From Bacteroidota bacterium (lineage in GTDB: Bacteria; Bacteroidota; Bacteroidia; Bacteroidales; CG2-30-32-10): a stretch of DNA of 37,364 nucleotides. Both the position numbers and the translations under genes were made by a program. Location: positions 1-37,364 of the forward strand of contig JAZDMF010000345.1 in assembly GCA_043801235.1 (NCBI GenBank), in the 5' to 3' direction. Under the pieces are notes generated by a model. That model did no database searches, was not told the DNA's origin, and worked only from the letters and a program-made list of their open reading frames with translations. Below are positions 27,633 through 36,614 of this stretch, one piece after another (positions within the stretch are counted from its first letter, which is position 1; every line of letters begins with the position of its first letter).

Positions 27633-28532
27633 TTACTGATTTATTATTGACAGTTCCTGCTGAAAATTTCTGCTCTCAAAAATGTATAATCCCGTTTGCG
27701 AAAAGCTATTATCTGATGAAGAATAAAACCCCCTTTTTTCATTTGATGTTAAATAAAAACATAACTCATCACCTTTCGAATTTATTGATGTTCCTGCACT
27801 TTCGGGTGCAGTCCAAATTCCTTCTTCGCTGAGTGTGCTGCTGAAAATATCATAGCCTCCGATTGAGCTATGCGCTTTTGAACTGAAATAAAGTGTTACA
27901 TTGTCAGAAAGAATAAAAGGCGTATCCTCATCCGATTTCGTGTTGATGATCCCGCCCAAATTTTGTGCAGTGCCCCATCCGCCGTTTTCAAGTTTTTCTG
28001 ATTTATAAATATCATAACCACCCTTTCCGCCTTTTCTGTCGCTTGAAAAATAAAGAGTATTGCCATCTTCCGACAGGCAGGCGCTTTTCTCATTATTTCC
28101 GGTGTTGATATTTTCATTTAGTTTGCTGAGGTTACTACATTTCCAATTGTTGTAGTAAAACGAATACAAATCCGTTTTCCCTTTTTTATTTTTCAATGCA
28201 ACAAACAACTCTTTTCCTGCAGTAACTTTCGGGCATTTATTTTTTAATATTTCATCACTGAAAACTATTTGCTCCGGCGCTGACCACTTCGCTGTTTTGG
28301 CATTAAACACTGAAATGAAAATTGCTGCAGGGATATTTTCCGATGAAACAAATATCATTGTATCATCCGCAGCTGAAATATAAAGCACCTGTCCTATAAA
28401 TCCCGTGGGTACTGATTTGTCCTGAACCATTGCTGTTGCGCTATGTGTATTTTCAGCGCTTTGTGTTTTGGAGAAAACCGTTTGATGAAAAAACGGAATA
28501 AAAAGCAGAAGAAGGGAAAATTTTCTTTTCAT
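27633..28532 (-). CDS. Exported PD40 (TolB/WD40-like propeller) protein lacking an OmpA domain
   Basis: Signal peptide; LSEDGNTLYFSSDRKGGKGGYDIY, INTKSDEDTPF and LYFSSKAHSSIGGYDIF motifs. Confidence 0.85.
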   Translation of the reverse strand: MKRKFSLLLLFIPFFHQTVFSKTQSAENTHSATAMVQDKSVPTGFIGQVLYISAADDTMIFVSSENIPAAIFISVFNAKTAKWSAPEQIVFSDEILKNKCPKVTAGKELFVALKNKKGKTDLYSFYYNNWKCSNLSKLNENINTGNNEKSACLSEDGNTLYFSSDRKGGKGGYDIYKSEKLENGGWGTAQNLGGIINTKSDEDTPFILSDNVTLYFSSKAHSSIGGYDIFSSTLSEEGIWTAPESAGTSINSKGDELCFYLTSNEKRGFYSSSDNSFSQTGLYIFESRNFQQELSIINQ

Positions 28533-28544
28533 AATTATTTCTTT

Positions 28545-31163
28545 TTAATAATCAATAACCACTTTTCTTGTTAAAATAATATTGTTGTTGTCATCATGAA
28601 CCTTGAGGAAGTACATGCCTTTAGGGAAAGTTGATATGTCAATTTTTGATTTTTGCCCGCCAACGGTTGGATTAATTTCTGACTGAAAAATCAACTTTCC
28701 AATCACATCATATATTTCTATGTTTATGAACTTGTGAAGAGAAATATCATTGGGAATACATACAGTAAATAATCCATCCGATGGATTTGGGAAAATATCA
28801 ATTTTAGTATTTTCGTTCAATAGTACACTTGCATCGGTAATGATATTTTCACGTAGTATAATATTATCTATAAAAACATTATCGCCAGGCCCGCCCGACG
28901 GCCAACCGTTTGCTTCGTTAAATTTACAAGATGATTGCAGGGTTAATGTAAATTGCATTCCGGCATAGGCGGTCAAATCAAAAGTAACTGTTTTAAAAGT
29001 GTCGCTATTTGCAGTGATGGGATTGAAATCAGAAACTCCATTTATATCATACACCTGAACTCCATCTATTAATACTCTGAACCAGCTTAGCTTTGTGCCG
29101 GATAATGAGTTGCTCACGGTTTGTTTCAGGTCTAAAACCAATTCCGGCGAGGATAAGGAACCTGCATTAACGGTACATGTAAGAGCAGAAGACTGGTATT
29201 TTACATTATCAACCCATGCATTTGTTGGTGTTGTACTGCCGGTATTGCCTATCCAATATAAGCCATCTATTCCTCCTTCCATTCGCAAAACTTTGCTGCT
29301 GCCATTATTAAAAATATATGCGTCAGATTGTTCATTTGATTGTAAAATAAATGTTTGAGAAATACCCGTTTCAAAATCTTCAACAAACGGGAATGTTGAA
29401 ATATCAGGATAATGCATTATTTCAACCATAAAAGAATCGTTAGGAAAATACTGGTCTCCTGCTAATGCTGTCCAAGTTATTATAGTATGGGTTCCAATTA
29501 CAGAAAAATTGGCAGTTGTTAAGAAAGTATAATTTAAGGAATCCCCGGGCGCAATGGCTGTTGTAACTGTTTCATTTACTATGCTGCCTGCATCAACTTT
29601 ATAATGAACTGCAAAACCTGAAATAGCACCAGTTCCATGATTTTTTATTTTTACTGTTATATTTTCAGCGTTTGTAAAACCACAACCCGATGCAGGAGCA
29701 TCAAGTGACAAAACTCCTGCATCAAGCGAACTTATTTGCCGGATAACGATATTATCAACAAAAGCAATATCTCCGGGGGAAGAGTACGTTTCGCTATATT
29801 TGCAGGATGATTGTAAGGTCATATTAAAAATAGTTCCTGCATAAGCATTCAAATTAAAAATTAAAGTTGCATAAGGATCGCTGCCTAAAGTGGCAGGATG
29901 AAAATCAGAAACACCATTAACATCGCTGATCTGATTATTGTTAATTAATATCCTGAACCAATTGTAATCTGGGTCATAGCTGGAATAAAATTGTTTAAGG
30001 TCTATCAGCAATTCTGCTGATGTCAGAACAGTTGCGTCAACCGTACAAGTTATTGCGGAACCTTGATGCGATATATTGTCAACCCATGCTTCGGAAGCCG
30101 TAACATTTCCGGCACTTCCTGTCCAGCCTAAAGCGGAATTTCCACCCTCTAATCGTAAAACCTTATTTCCGGCTTCATTATAGATAAAGGTACTGGCTTG
30201 CGCTCCGTGGTTTAATATGAAATATTCGGTAGTTCCTGTTTCAAAATTTTCAATAAAGGGAAACGATGTTATATCTTTTGTTTTTATAATATTCTCATAT
30301 ACGGTGTCGTTAGCATTATTAATTTCTCCTGAAAAATGTACCAAAGCAATACAATTATAAAAACCGGCTATTGGAAAATTTGCCAGGGTTGAAAATGTAT
30401 AATATAAAGAATCTCCAGGGTTTATTGTCGAAGCAATTGTTTCGTTAATATATGTAGCTCCTCCGTTAATTGAGTATTTAATTGGAATATTACTTACAGG
30501 CTGAGTGCTATAATTCATTACTTTAACCATTACATTTTCCGCAGGCGACAAACTGCAATCACTGTTCGGATATGTCCATTCTTTAATTGCAACATCCGGA
30601 GCGGCCGCATCAAATATTTCAACATCATCAACACAAGCGCCATAACCATAATGCGCAATTCCTTCAAAAGCTATATAATATGTACTGCTTGGGCCTGGAA
30701 GATAAATAGTTCTTTTTGTCCAGTTTGGAACATTTGTAGTATAATTAGCAACAGAAACCCAACTGCCTGTAGAAGATGTTCTGATATAAACTTTCAGTTC
30801 GTCCTGGTCGCTTCCCCACACAGTTTGCGAATGCCAGAATGTTAATGCAGGACTCACTGCTCCGCTCATATTAATGCAAGGGCTTATTAGTTTTGTGGCT
30901 GTCCCATCATCGCCATAACTTGAAATTTGAAAGCAGGCATTATAGCTGCCGTTATGGGCATTAGCAGGATTTCCATCAACGCCTCCGTTCTGGAATATCC
31001 AGTCAATGTTTCCTGCCGGTGCATTAGCATAAACTTGTGACCAACCACTCGGAATGGAACCGCTATTTTCAAAACCTTCGTTAAAAGGCAATGCCTGTGC
31101 CTGCACTGTTAATTTTAAACTAATAACAATTGCTAATAATAAAGTACAAATTAGAATTTTCAT
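28545..31163 (-). CDS. T9SS type-A CTD protein with an N-terminal MAM/cleaved-adhesin-like domain and a duplicated CARDB-like + beta-sandwich module
   Basis: LPFNEGFE...TKLISP...LTFWH...DELKVY...YIAFEG...VDDVEI; two ~290-aa modules (FPFIENFETG / FPFVEDFETG); CTD IFPNPS...KGMYFLKV...RKVVIDY. Confidence 0.85.
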   Translation of the reverse strand: MKILICTLLLAIVISLKLTVQAQALPFNEGFENSGSIPSGWSQVYANAPAGNIDWIFQNGGVDGNPANAHNGSYNACFQISSYGDDGTATKLISPCINMSGAVSPALTFWHSQTVWGSDQDELKVYIRTSSTGSWVSVANYTTNVPNWTKRTIYLPGPSSTYYIAFEGIAHYGYGACVDDVEIFDAAAPDVAIKEWTYPNSDCSLSPAENVMVKVMNYSTQPVSNIPIKYSINGGATYINETIASTINPGDSLYYTFSTLANFPIAGFYNCIALVHFSGEINNANDTVYENIIKTKDITSFPFIENFETGTTEYFILNHGAQASTFIYNEAGNKVLRLEGGNSALGWTGSAGNVTASEAWVDNISHQGSAITCTVDATVLTSAELLIDLKQFYSSYDPDYNWFRILINNNQISDVNGVSDFHPATLGSDPYATLIFNLNAYAGTIFNMTLQSSCKYSETYSSPGDIAFVDNIVIRQISSLDAGVLSLDAPASGCGFTNAENITVKIKNHGTGAISGFAVHYKVDAGSIVNETVTTAIAPGDSLNYTFLTTANFSVIGTHTIITWTALAGDQYFPNDSFMVEIMHYPDISTFPFVEDFETGISQTFILQSNEQSDAYIFNNGSSKVLRMEGGIDGLYWIGNTGSTTPTNAWVDNVKYQSSALTCTVNAGSLSSPELVLDLKQTVSNSLSGTKLSWFRVLIDGVQVYDINGVSDFNPITANSDTFKTVTFDLTAYAGMQFTLTLQSSCKFNEANGWPSGGPGDNVFIDNIILRENIITDASVLLNENTKIDIFPNPSDGLFTVCIPNDISLHKFINIEIYDVIGKLIFQSEINPTVGGQKSKIDISTFPKGMYFLKVHDDNNNIILTRKVVIDY

Positions 31164-31174
31164 ATTTTTCTTTT

Positions 31175-33394
31175 TTAGTAAGCAACGTGATTAATTTTCT
31201 CGGAAATAATTAAACCCGAATTGTTCTTCAAAACAAGCAAATACAACCCCTTTGGCAGCTTGCTTAAATTTAGTTGATTTAAATTAGAGCCCTTATTGCA
31301 GTTAAAATTTTCAAATAATATTTCAGAACCAGCCGAATTATAAACAGTGGCTTTTACCGTTTGCTCTTCATCGGAATAATAGTTAATGTATATTATATCC
31401 GTAGCTGGATTTGGATACATGCTATTTAAGGTAAATGTTTTTTCGTTTGTGCAATATGTTGCCAACGGTTGAAAATATTCAAATTTTCCGTCATAATCGG
31501 TTTGCTTTAGGCGATAATAAAGAGTAGCAGTGGTGGCAGCAGGAGGCAGTTTGTTATCAATGAAAGAATAATTTAATATCTCATTGCTGCTGCCTGCGCC
31601 TTTTACCATACCAGCAATTTCCCATTCTGAACCTTCAGTGTCATTGCCATTAGAACGTTCTATGGTAAAGTAATCGTTATTTATTTCTGAAACAGTCGAC
31701 CAATTAATATTTATAGCATTACCGATACAATCGGCGGTAAATGATAACAATTGTATTGGTAAAGAGGAAGAATTTTCATCAGCTCCCCTTACATATTGTG
31801 TCCTTGGGTCATTATCAATATCGGTAGTTATAGATGCACATGTAGTGCCGGCCACATAATTAGTAGGAGGAACAGGATTAATATGTAAATCGGTAACTGA
31901 AGTGAAAAACGGATCCTGTTCTAACGAATTTGCATCTTGTCCGGTGAAAGTTCTCCACTGTGCCAGTGTGCATGTTGCGCTATTCCCATAACCCACATAG
32001 TTATTATCCTGTCCGGTAATATAATAAATATTGTAATCTATAGTGGCAAATGGAGATACAGCAGCATTGGTAAATACCGCATATCCCAATGAATTAATCG
32101 TTGCTCCTGTTTTTTCACCAAGACTGGTTCTGAAAATATTGCTGCACATGGTTATGCCAGCCGCACCGGTAAGCACACAAACCCCGGTGGCTTTAGCATT
32201 TGCATTGAAATTTAATCCGTAAGAAGTATTAGCTGTTAAATAAACAGAATTAAAACATATTGAAATTCCGCCAGTGGGAGCAGTTGTTGTCCATCCTATA
32301 TATATAGCAGTTGGTGTGCTGGAAATTACTCCGGCATCCCCATCCCCAATAATCCCGCTTATGAAATTATTAGTAATTGTAATTCCGGGGTTAGCTATTA
32401 TAGTATTAATATTGATCCCTTTGCCGCCATAACCCAGTGTGCCTGTATATCCTATATCATGAATTTTGTTTTTAGAAATGGAAACACTGCTGGACCTTTC
32501 TATTTCAACCCCCGATATTATTATTGTAATATTAGAAAGTAAATTATAAATTTCATTACCTGAAACTTCAAGATTTGTCTGATATTGTGCATAGATGCCT
32601 TTGCATGCCACATAAGTTGATGAAGCGCCACCTGAACCGATTTTATTATTTCTTGCAATATTGCCTGTACAATCCACCCCTCCTGAAAGTCCTGAAAACC
32701 AAATTCCATAATATGTCTGATAAATTTCGTTATTTTCAAAAACATTATTATTGTTTTCATCATCACCTGATCCGGCGCTATTACGTATATAAATTCCATA
32801 GTTTGATGCAGCATTGGAGTACCCGATAATTTTACAGTTTTTTATTACATTATTAGTACAACCTCCGCCAACACCGGGGTCTTTGAAATCAAAACCTCTT
32901 GTTGTAAAATTACCAGCCATTTGAATGGTCATATCACGGGTCGTTCCGCCTGCAGTGTTAGAACCGTCAAAAATTATATAATCTGCTCCATTTAATGTAA
33001 ATCCAGCTTGAGAATTAGCGCTTGCAGTAACTGTAATTACCGGTGTTTTTCCTGATGCGGGTTTAATTGTTACAGTATTAGCAGCAGATGTACCTGTAAC
33101 TCCTCCGGGTGAAGCCGAAGCGCCTATCCACATGCAGGTTGCCTGAGTTGCTCCTGTGTTGGAATAAGCATAAGCATTGTCAATCAGTGAAAATACAACA
33201 CCACCCGTACCAACTCCATTTGAGTTAAGTGCATCAAGTGCAGCTTTTATTGTTGCGTAATTACCTCCGCCTCCAACTGTTTTTGTGCCGGTAAGGGCTT
33301 GGGCAAACGCTGAATTATTAATGGTAATTATATTAATTACAATTACAGAAATAATCAGTGTTTTTGTGATTAGGTTGAGTAAAATCCTCTTCAT
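31175..33394 (-). CDS. T9SS type-A CTD protein with right-handed parallel beta-helix repeats
   Basis: ALTGTKTVG...YATIKAALDAL...TVTIKPA; N/I/G-rich beta-helix turns; DIDNDPR...GADE; LPIQLLSFTA FN3-like domain; CTD MYPNPA...KGLYLLVL. Confidence 0.88.
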   Translation of the reverse strand: MKRILLNLITKTLIISVIVINIITINNSAFAQALTGTKTVGGGGNYATIKAALDALNSNGVGTGGVVFSLIDNAYAYSNTGATQATCMWIGASASPGGVTGTSAANTVTIKPASGKTPVITVTASANSQAGFTLNGADYIIFDGSNTAGGTTRDMTIQMAGNFTTRGFDFKDPGVGGGCTNNVIKNCKIIGYSNAASNYGIYIRNSAGSGDDENNNNVFENNEIYQTYYGIWFSGLSGGVDCTGNIARNNKIGSGGASSTYVACKGIYAQYQTNLEVSGNEIYNLLSNITIIISGVEIERSSSVSISKNKIHDIGYTGTLGYGGKGININTIIANPGITITNNFISGIIGDGDAGVISSTPTAIYIGWTTTAPTGGISICFNSVYLTANTSYGLNFNANAKATGVCVLTGAAGITMCSNIFRTSLGEKTGATINSLGYAVFTNAAVSPFATIDYNIYYITGQDNNYVGYGNSATCTLAQWRTFTGQDANSLEQDPFFTSVTDLHINPVPPTNYVAGTTCASITTDIDNDPRTQYVRGADENSSSLPIQLLSFTADCIGNAININWSTVSEINNDYFTIERSNGNDTEGSEWEIAGMVKGAGSSNEILNYSFIDNKLPPAATTATLYYRLKQTDYDGKFEYFQPLATYCTNEKTFTLNSMYPNPATDIIYINYYSDEEQTVKATVYNSAGSEILFENFNCNKGSNLNQLNLSKLPKGLYLLVLKNNSGLIISEKINHVAY

Positions 33395-33411
33395 ATTTTG
33401 ATTGTTTCATG

Positions 33412-33443
33412 CAAAAATATTGCAGACAGCAATTGCACTCAAA
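33412..33443 (-). promoter_or_regulatory. Putative -33/-7 promoter of the 33394->26643 operon
   Basis: Minus-strand TATTTTTG (33419-33412) and TTTG (33443-33440) with 20-nt spacing. Confidence 0.55.
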
Positions 33444-33506
33444 TCAAAATTTCGCAATATGTAATGTTCCAAAATGAATATTTATTGAAAGATTATCAGA
33501 TAAATG

Positions 33507-33537
33507 TTGAATTTAAAGAGATGTTTTTATATATTTG
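33507..33537 (+). promoter_or_regulatory. Putative -33/-7 promoter of the TPR-like gene
   Basis: TTG (33507-33509), 20 nt spacer, TATATTTG (33530-33537), 25 nt before ATG 33563. Confidence 0.55.
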
Positions 33538-33562
33538 TCAATATTTTGTAAACATCCAACAC

Positions 33563-35158
33563 ATGTCAGATAAATTATTCTCACTCATCCGATCATTATC
33601 AAAACAGGAAAAAAGATATTTTAAGCTTTTTGCAGGTGCTAATCGTGAAGCAAGTAATTATATAAAATTGTTTGATATTTTAAGCAGGCAAAAAGTATAC
33701 GATGAAGATGCCATCAGAGAAATTTATAAAAATGAAAAATTTATTAAGCAGCTTCATGTCACTAAAAATTATTTATATAAACTCATTTTAAGAAGTCTGC
33801 ACATATACCATATTAATATTTCGGAAGATTCAATAATAAAAGAATTATTACAATGTGTTGAAATATTGTATAACAAAGGACTTTACGGGCAATGCACGAC
33901 TTTACTAAATAAGGCAAAAATGATAGCTTTATAGAAGGAATTTCAAATATCATTAATCGAAATTGTTGAATGGGAAAGTAAAATTGCTTTCATTGCTTCT
34001 AATGTAAATGATTTAGAAAATTATGTCAATAAAGGATATTCAGAAGAACTGGAATTTCATAAAATATTAAAAAACAAAAGTGATTTCAGAAGATTATTTT
34101 ATGAGATTCTGATATTAAACAATAAAGGTAATCCGATAAGAAGCAAAAGGGATTTGCATATGTATAATATTTTAATAAATAATCCAATTCTGAAAAACGA
34201 ATCCCGGGCTACATCATATTATTCAAAAATCATGTTTAATTATATATATGCTTATTATTTATTAAACAAAGGGGATATAATTAGAAGTAACAGGCATAAT
34301 ATAAGGATTGTTGAATTAATGGAGGCAAATCCTTTACATATAAAAAATACTCCGATTAATTATGTTGCTGCATTAAATAATTTTATTTATGCAAGCATAC
34401 AGCTTAAAAATTTTGATCAAAGCTCACTTGCAATAATAAAACTTCGTAATATTCCTGAAAAATATAATTTATCCAACGATTTGTCTGCCGATTTAAAAGA
34501 GAAAATATTTATCAGGTCATATTTTCTTGAATTGGAACTTTATAGGGAATCCGGTGAATTTGATAAAGCGATTATTTTGATAAATGAATTACAAACCGGG
34601 ATAAATTATTTTAATAGTATTCCAATTACACGATATAAAATATTCTTAATGTATAATATTTCTTATATATATTTTGCATTAGCCAACTATTCTATGGCTC
34701 TTTTTTGGATTAATAAAATTCTTAATATTACTGAAACAAAAGAACCTGTTGACATATTTTGTTTTGCGCGAATTATAAATCTTCTGATTCATTATGAACT
34801 TAATAATATAGATGTAATTGATTACATCTACAAATCAAACGTCAGGTTCTTAAACAAAAGAAACAGGCTGTACAAATTAGAAGTGCTGATTTTTGATTTT
34901 ATTAAACAAAAAATGCTAAAAGAGACATCACAAAAGAAATTAATTAAAGATTTTGAACTTCTCAAAAAAGAACTTCTCAAAATTACAGTTTCATCGCAAG
35001 ACAAAAAGGCTCTTCAGTATTTTGACTACATTGCATGGGTTGACAGTAAAATCACAAATGTAAGTTTGGCGGGAATCATTATGAATAAAAAAGGAACTGG
35101 AACTTTTGAAAATAATATTCATAAAAAAACGGATAAAATAATTAAAACAAACTTGTAA
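33563..35158 (+). pseudogene. ~531-codon all-helical/TPR-like cytoplasmic hypothetical protein interrupted by one in-frame TAG (pseudogene, readthrough or sequence error)
   Basis: ORFs 33398..33934 and 34154..35158 share one frame. Translation from ATG 33563 (MSDKLFSLIRSLSKQEKRYFK) is open to 35158 except for TAG at 33932-33934 (…KAKMIAL*KEFQISLIEIVEWE…). Confidence 0.8.
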
Positions 35159-35398
35159 GATTATACCAATTCTTAGATCAAATTAGTCCAAAGGACAATT
35201 TGAGCTTTAGAATGGTTAATGCCTATAGAGTATCTGTTATTGGAAAATTTATTGGATTATTACGGATACCGTATCGGTATTACTCATTGACCCTGGTATC
35301 GTGAAAACACTTTTACTCTGTAGATTATTCCCGTGAGTAAACGCCAATGAAAATTTATTCAATACCCAATATTTTTCTTCGTAATTTTTTTTACTTTT

Positions 35399-35875
35399 TT
35401 AAAATAAAGTTCCTTCCCGCATGTCTTCATATCCTATGTCAGAAGTAAGGTTTGGCGATAATGCCGCTTCCACAGCCAGCTCATCGCAGCGGTTATTTTC
35501 AATGTTATCTGAGTGGCCTTTTATCCATACAAAATTCACATTATGATGGTCATAAATTTTCAGAAAACGCAACCAGAGGTCTTTGTTTTTTTTCTTTTTA
35601 AAATCTTTTTTTACCCATTCGTTCAGCCAGCCTTTTTCCACAGCTTCCACCACATATTTTGAATCGCTGAAAACAGTAACGTCGCAGTTTTTGTGCTTCA
35701 GCGCTTCCAGTCCTGCAATTACACTGAGCAATTCCATACGGTTGTTGGTGGTTAACCTGAAACCATGTGAAAGTTCTTTGCGGTGCTTACCTGAAAGAAG
35801 AACTACACCGTAGCCTCCGGGACCAGGATTGCCCCTTGCGCTACCATCGGTGTATATAGTGACAGGCCGTGACAG
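35399..35875 (-). CDS. rnhA: Ribonuclease HI
   Basis: Extending the listed ORF upstream gives (L/M)SRPVTIYTDGSARGNPGPGGYG...TTNNRMEL...SDSKYV...NKDLW...WIKGH...NNRCDELA with all acidic catalytic residues; start inferred at CTG 35875. Confidence 0.95.
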   Translation of the reverse strand: MSRPVTIYTDGSARGNPGPGGYGVVLLSGKHRKELSHGFRLTTNNRMELLSVIAGLEALKHKNCDVTVFSDSKYVVEAVEKGWLNEWVKKDFKKKKNKDLWLRFLKIYDHHNVNFVWIKGHSDNIENNRCDELAVEAALSPNLTSDIGYEDMREGTLF

Positions 35876-35877
35876 GG

Positions 35878-36600
35878 CTAAAGTTTTGTAATCTTTGTCA
35901 GGAGGCTGTATCCCATTAATTTTCCGTTTTTATCGTATGTTTCGGTTTTAACGGAACCGGTACCTGCAGAATAGTATTCCACACCTTTAATGCTTACCGG
36001 AACTGAAATACCCATGGTTGTTGTTTCCATCTGAAAGTCCTGAGTGATTTTATAACAATCAAAGGTTCCTGCTGTAGTGGTAACACTTTCCTTGCTTGCC
36101 ACCTTCCGGTTTGTTATGGTAATTTTCATGGTTGTAATCAGGGTGCCGTTGCTGTATAAGCTGATAGTGCCCGTTGCATCATCCAGCGACATACCCACGC
36201 TTAAGTTTTGCGGAATATCCATCCATGATGCATCCGATTTAATATCCATGTTTTGCATTTGTGCCATTGATTGCGAGGGAATAAAACTTTTCATTTCAAT
36301 ATACATTTTATCTCCTACACATTTTACTGAAGAATTAGCCGTGGCAACAACTTCATCTTTCTCGTCTTTTGATGTTGTTTGAACGGTAGCCATGGATCCT
36401 TCGGTTGTTGTTACAACATCCGAAATTTTATTAATGGTTTTTCCGTTAATCTTATCATTTGAATCATAATTGGTCATTTCGTATTCATTACCATTAGTAA
36501 GGGAATAGTACATATTGCAGTTCTGCGAATGTACAATAAATGTTATGCCTGAAACCAGCATACATGCTATCAGAATTCTTGTAAATTTTAACGTTTTCAT
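35878..36600 (-). CDS. Exported hypothetical protein (DUF3108-like beta-rich family)
   Basis: Signal peptide; ESVTTTAGTFDCYKI and EYYSAGTGSVKTETYDKNGKL motifs. Family assignment from memory only. Confidence 0.7.
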   Translation of the reverse strand: MKTLKFTRILIACMLVSGITFIVHSQNCNMYYSLTNGNEYEMTNYDSNDKINGKTINKISDVVTTTEGSMATVQTTSKDEKDEVVATANSSVKCVGDKMYIEMKSFIPSQSMAQMQNMDIKSDASWMDIPQNLSVGMSLDDATGTISLYSNGTLITTMKITITNRKVASKESVTTTAGTFDCYKITQDFQMETTTMGISVPVSIKGVEYYSAGTGSVKTETYDKNGKLMGYSLLTKITKL

Positions 36601-36614
36601 AGTTGTAATTTTTT

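Noticed and set aside
33395-33450. 9-bp inverted repeat ATTTTGATT/AATCAAAAT around the operon promoter, suggesting an invertible promoter
   Set aside because: Short and AT-rich so plausible by chance, it overlaps the -33 element, and no recombinase is in the window.
33398-33562. TTG-initiated N-terminal extension of the TPR-like ORF
   Set aside because: It overlaps both divergent promoters; ATG 33563 lies just downstream of a consensus -7 element and is the better start.
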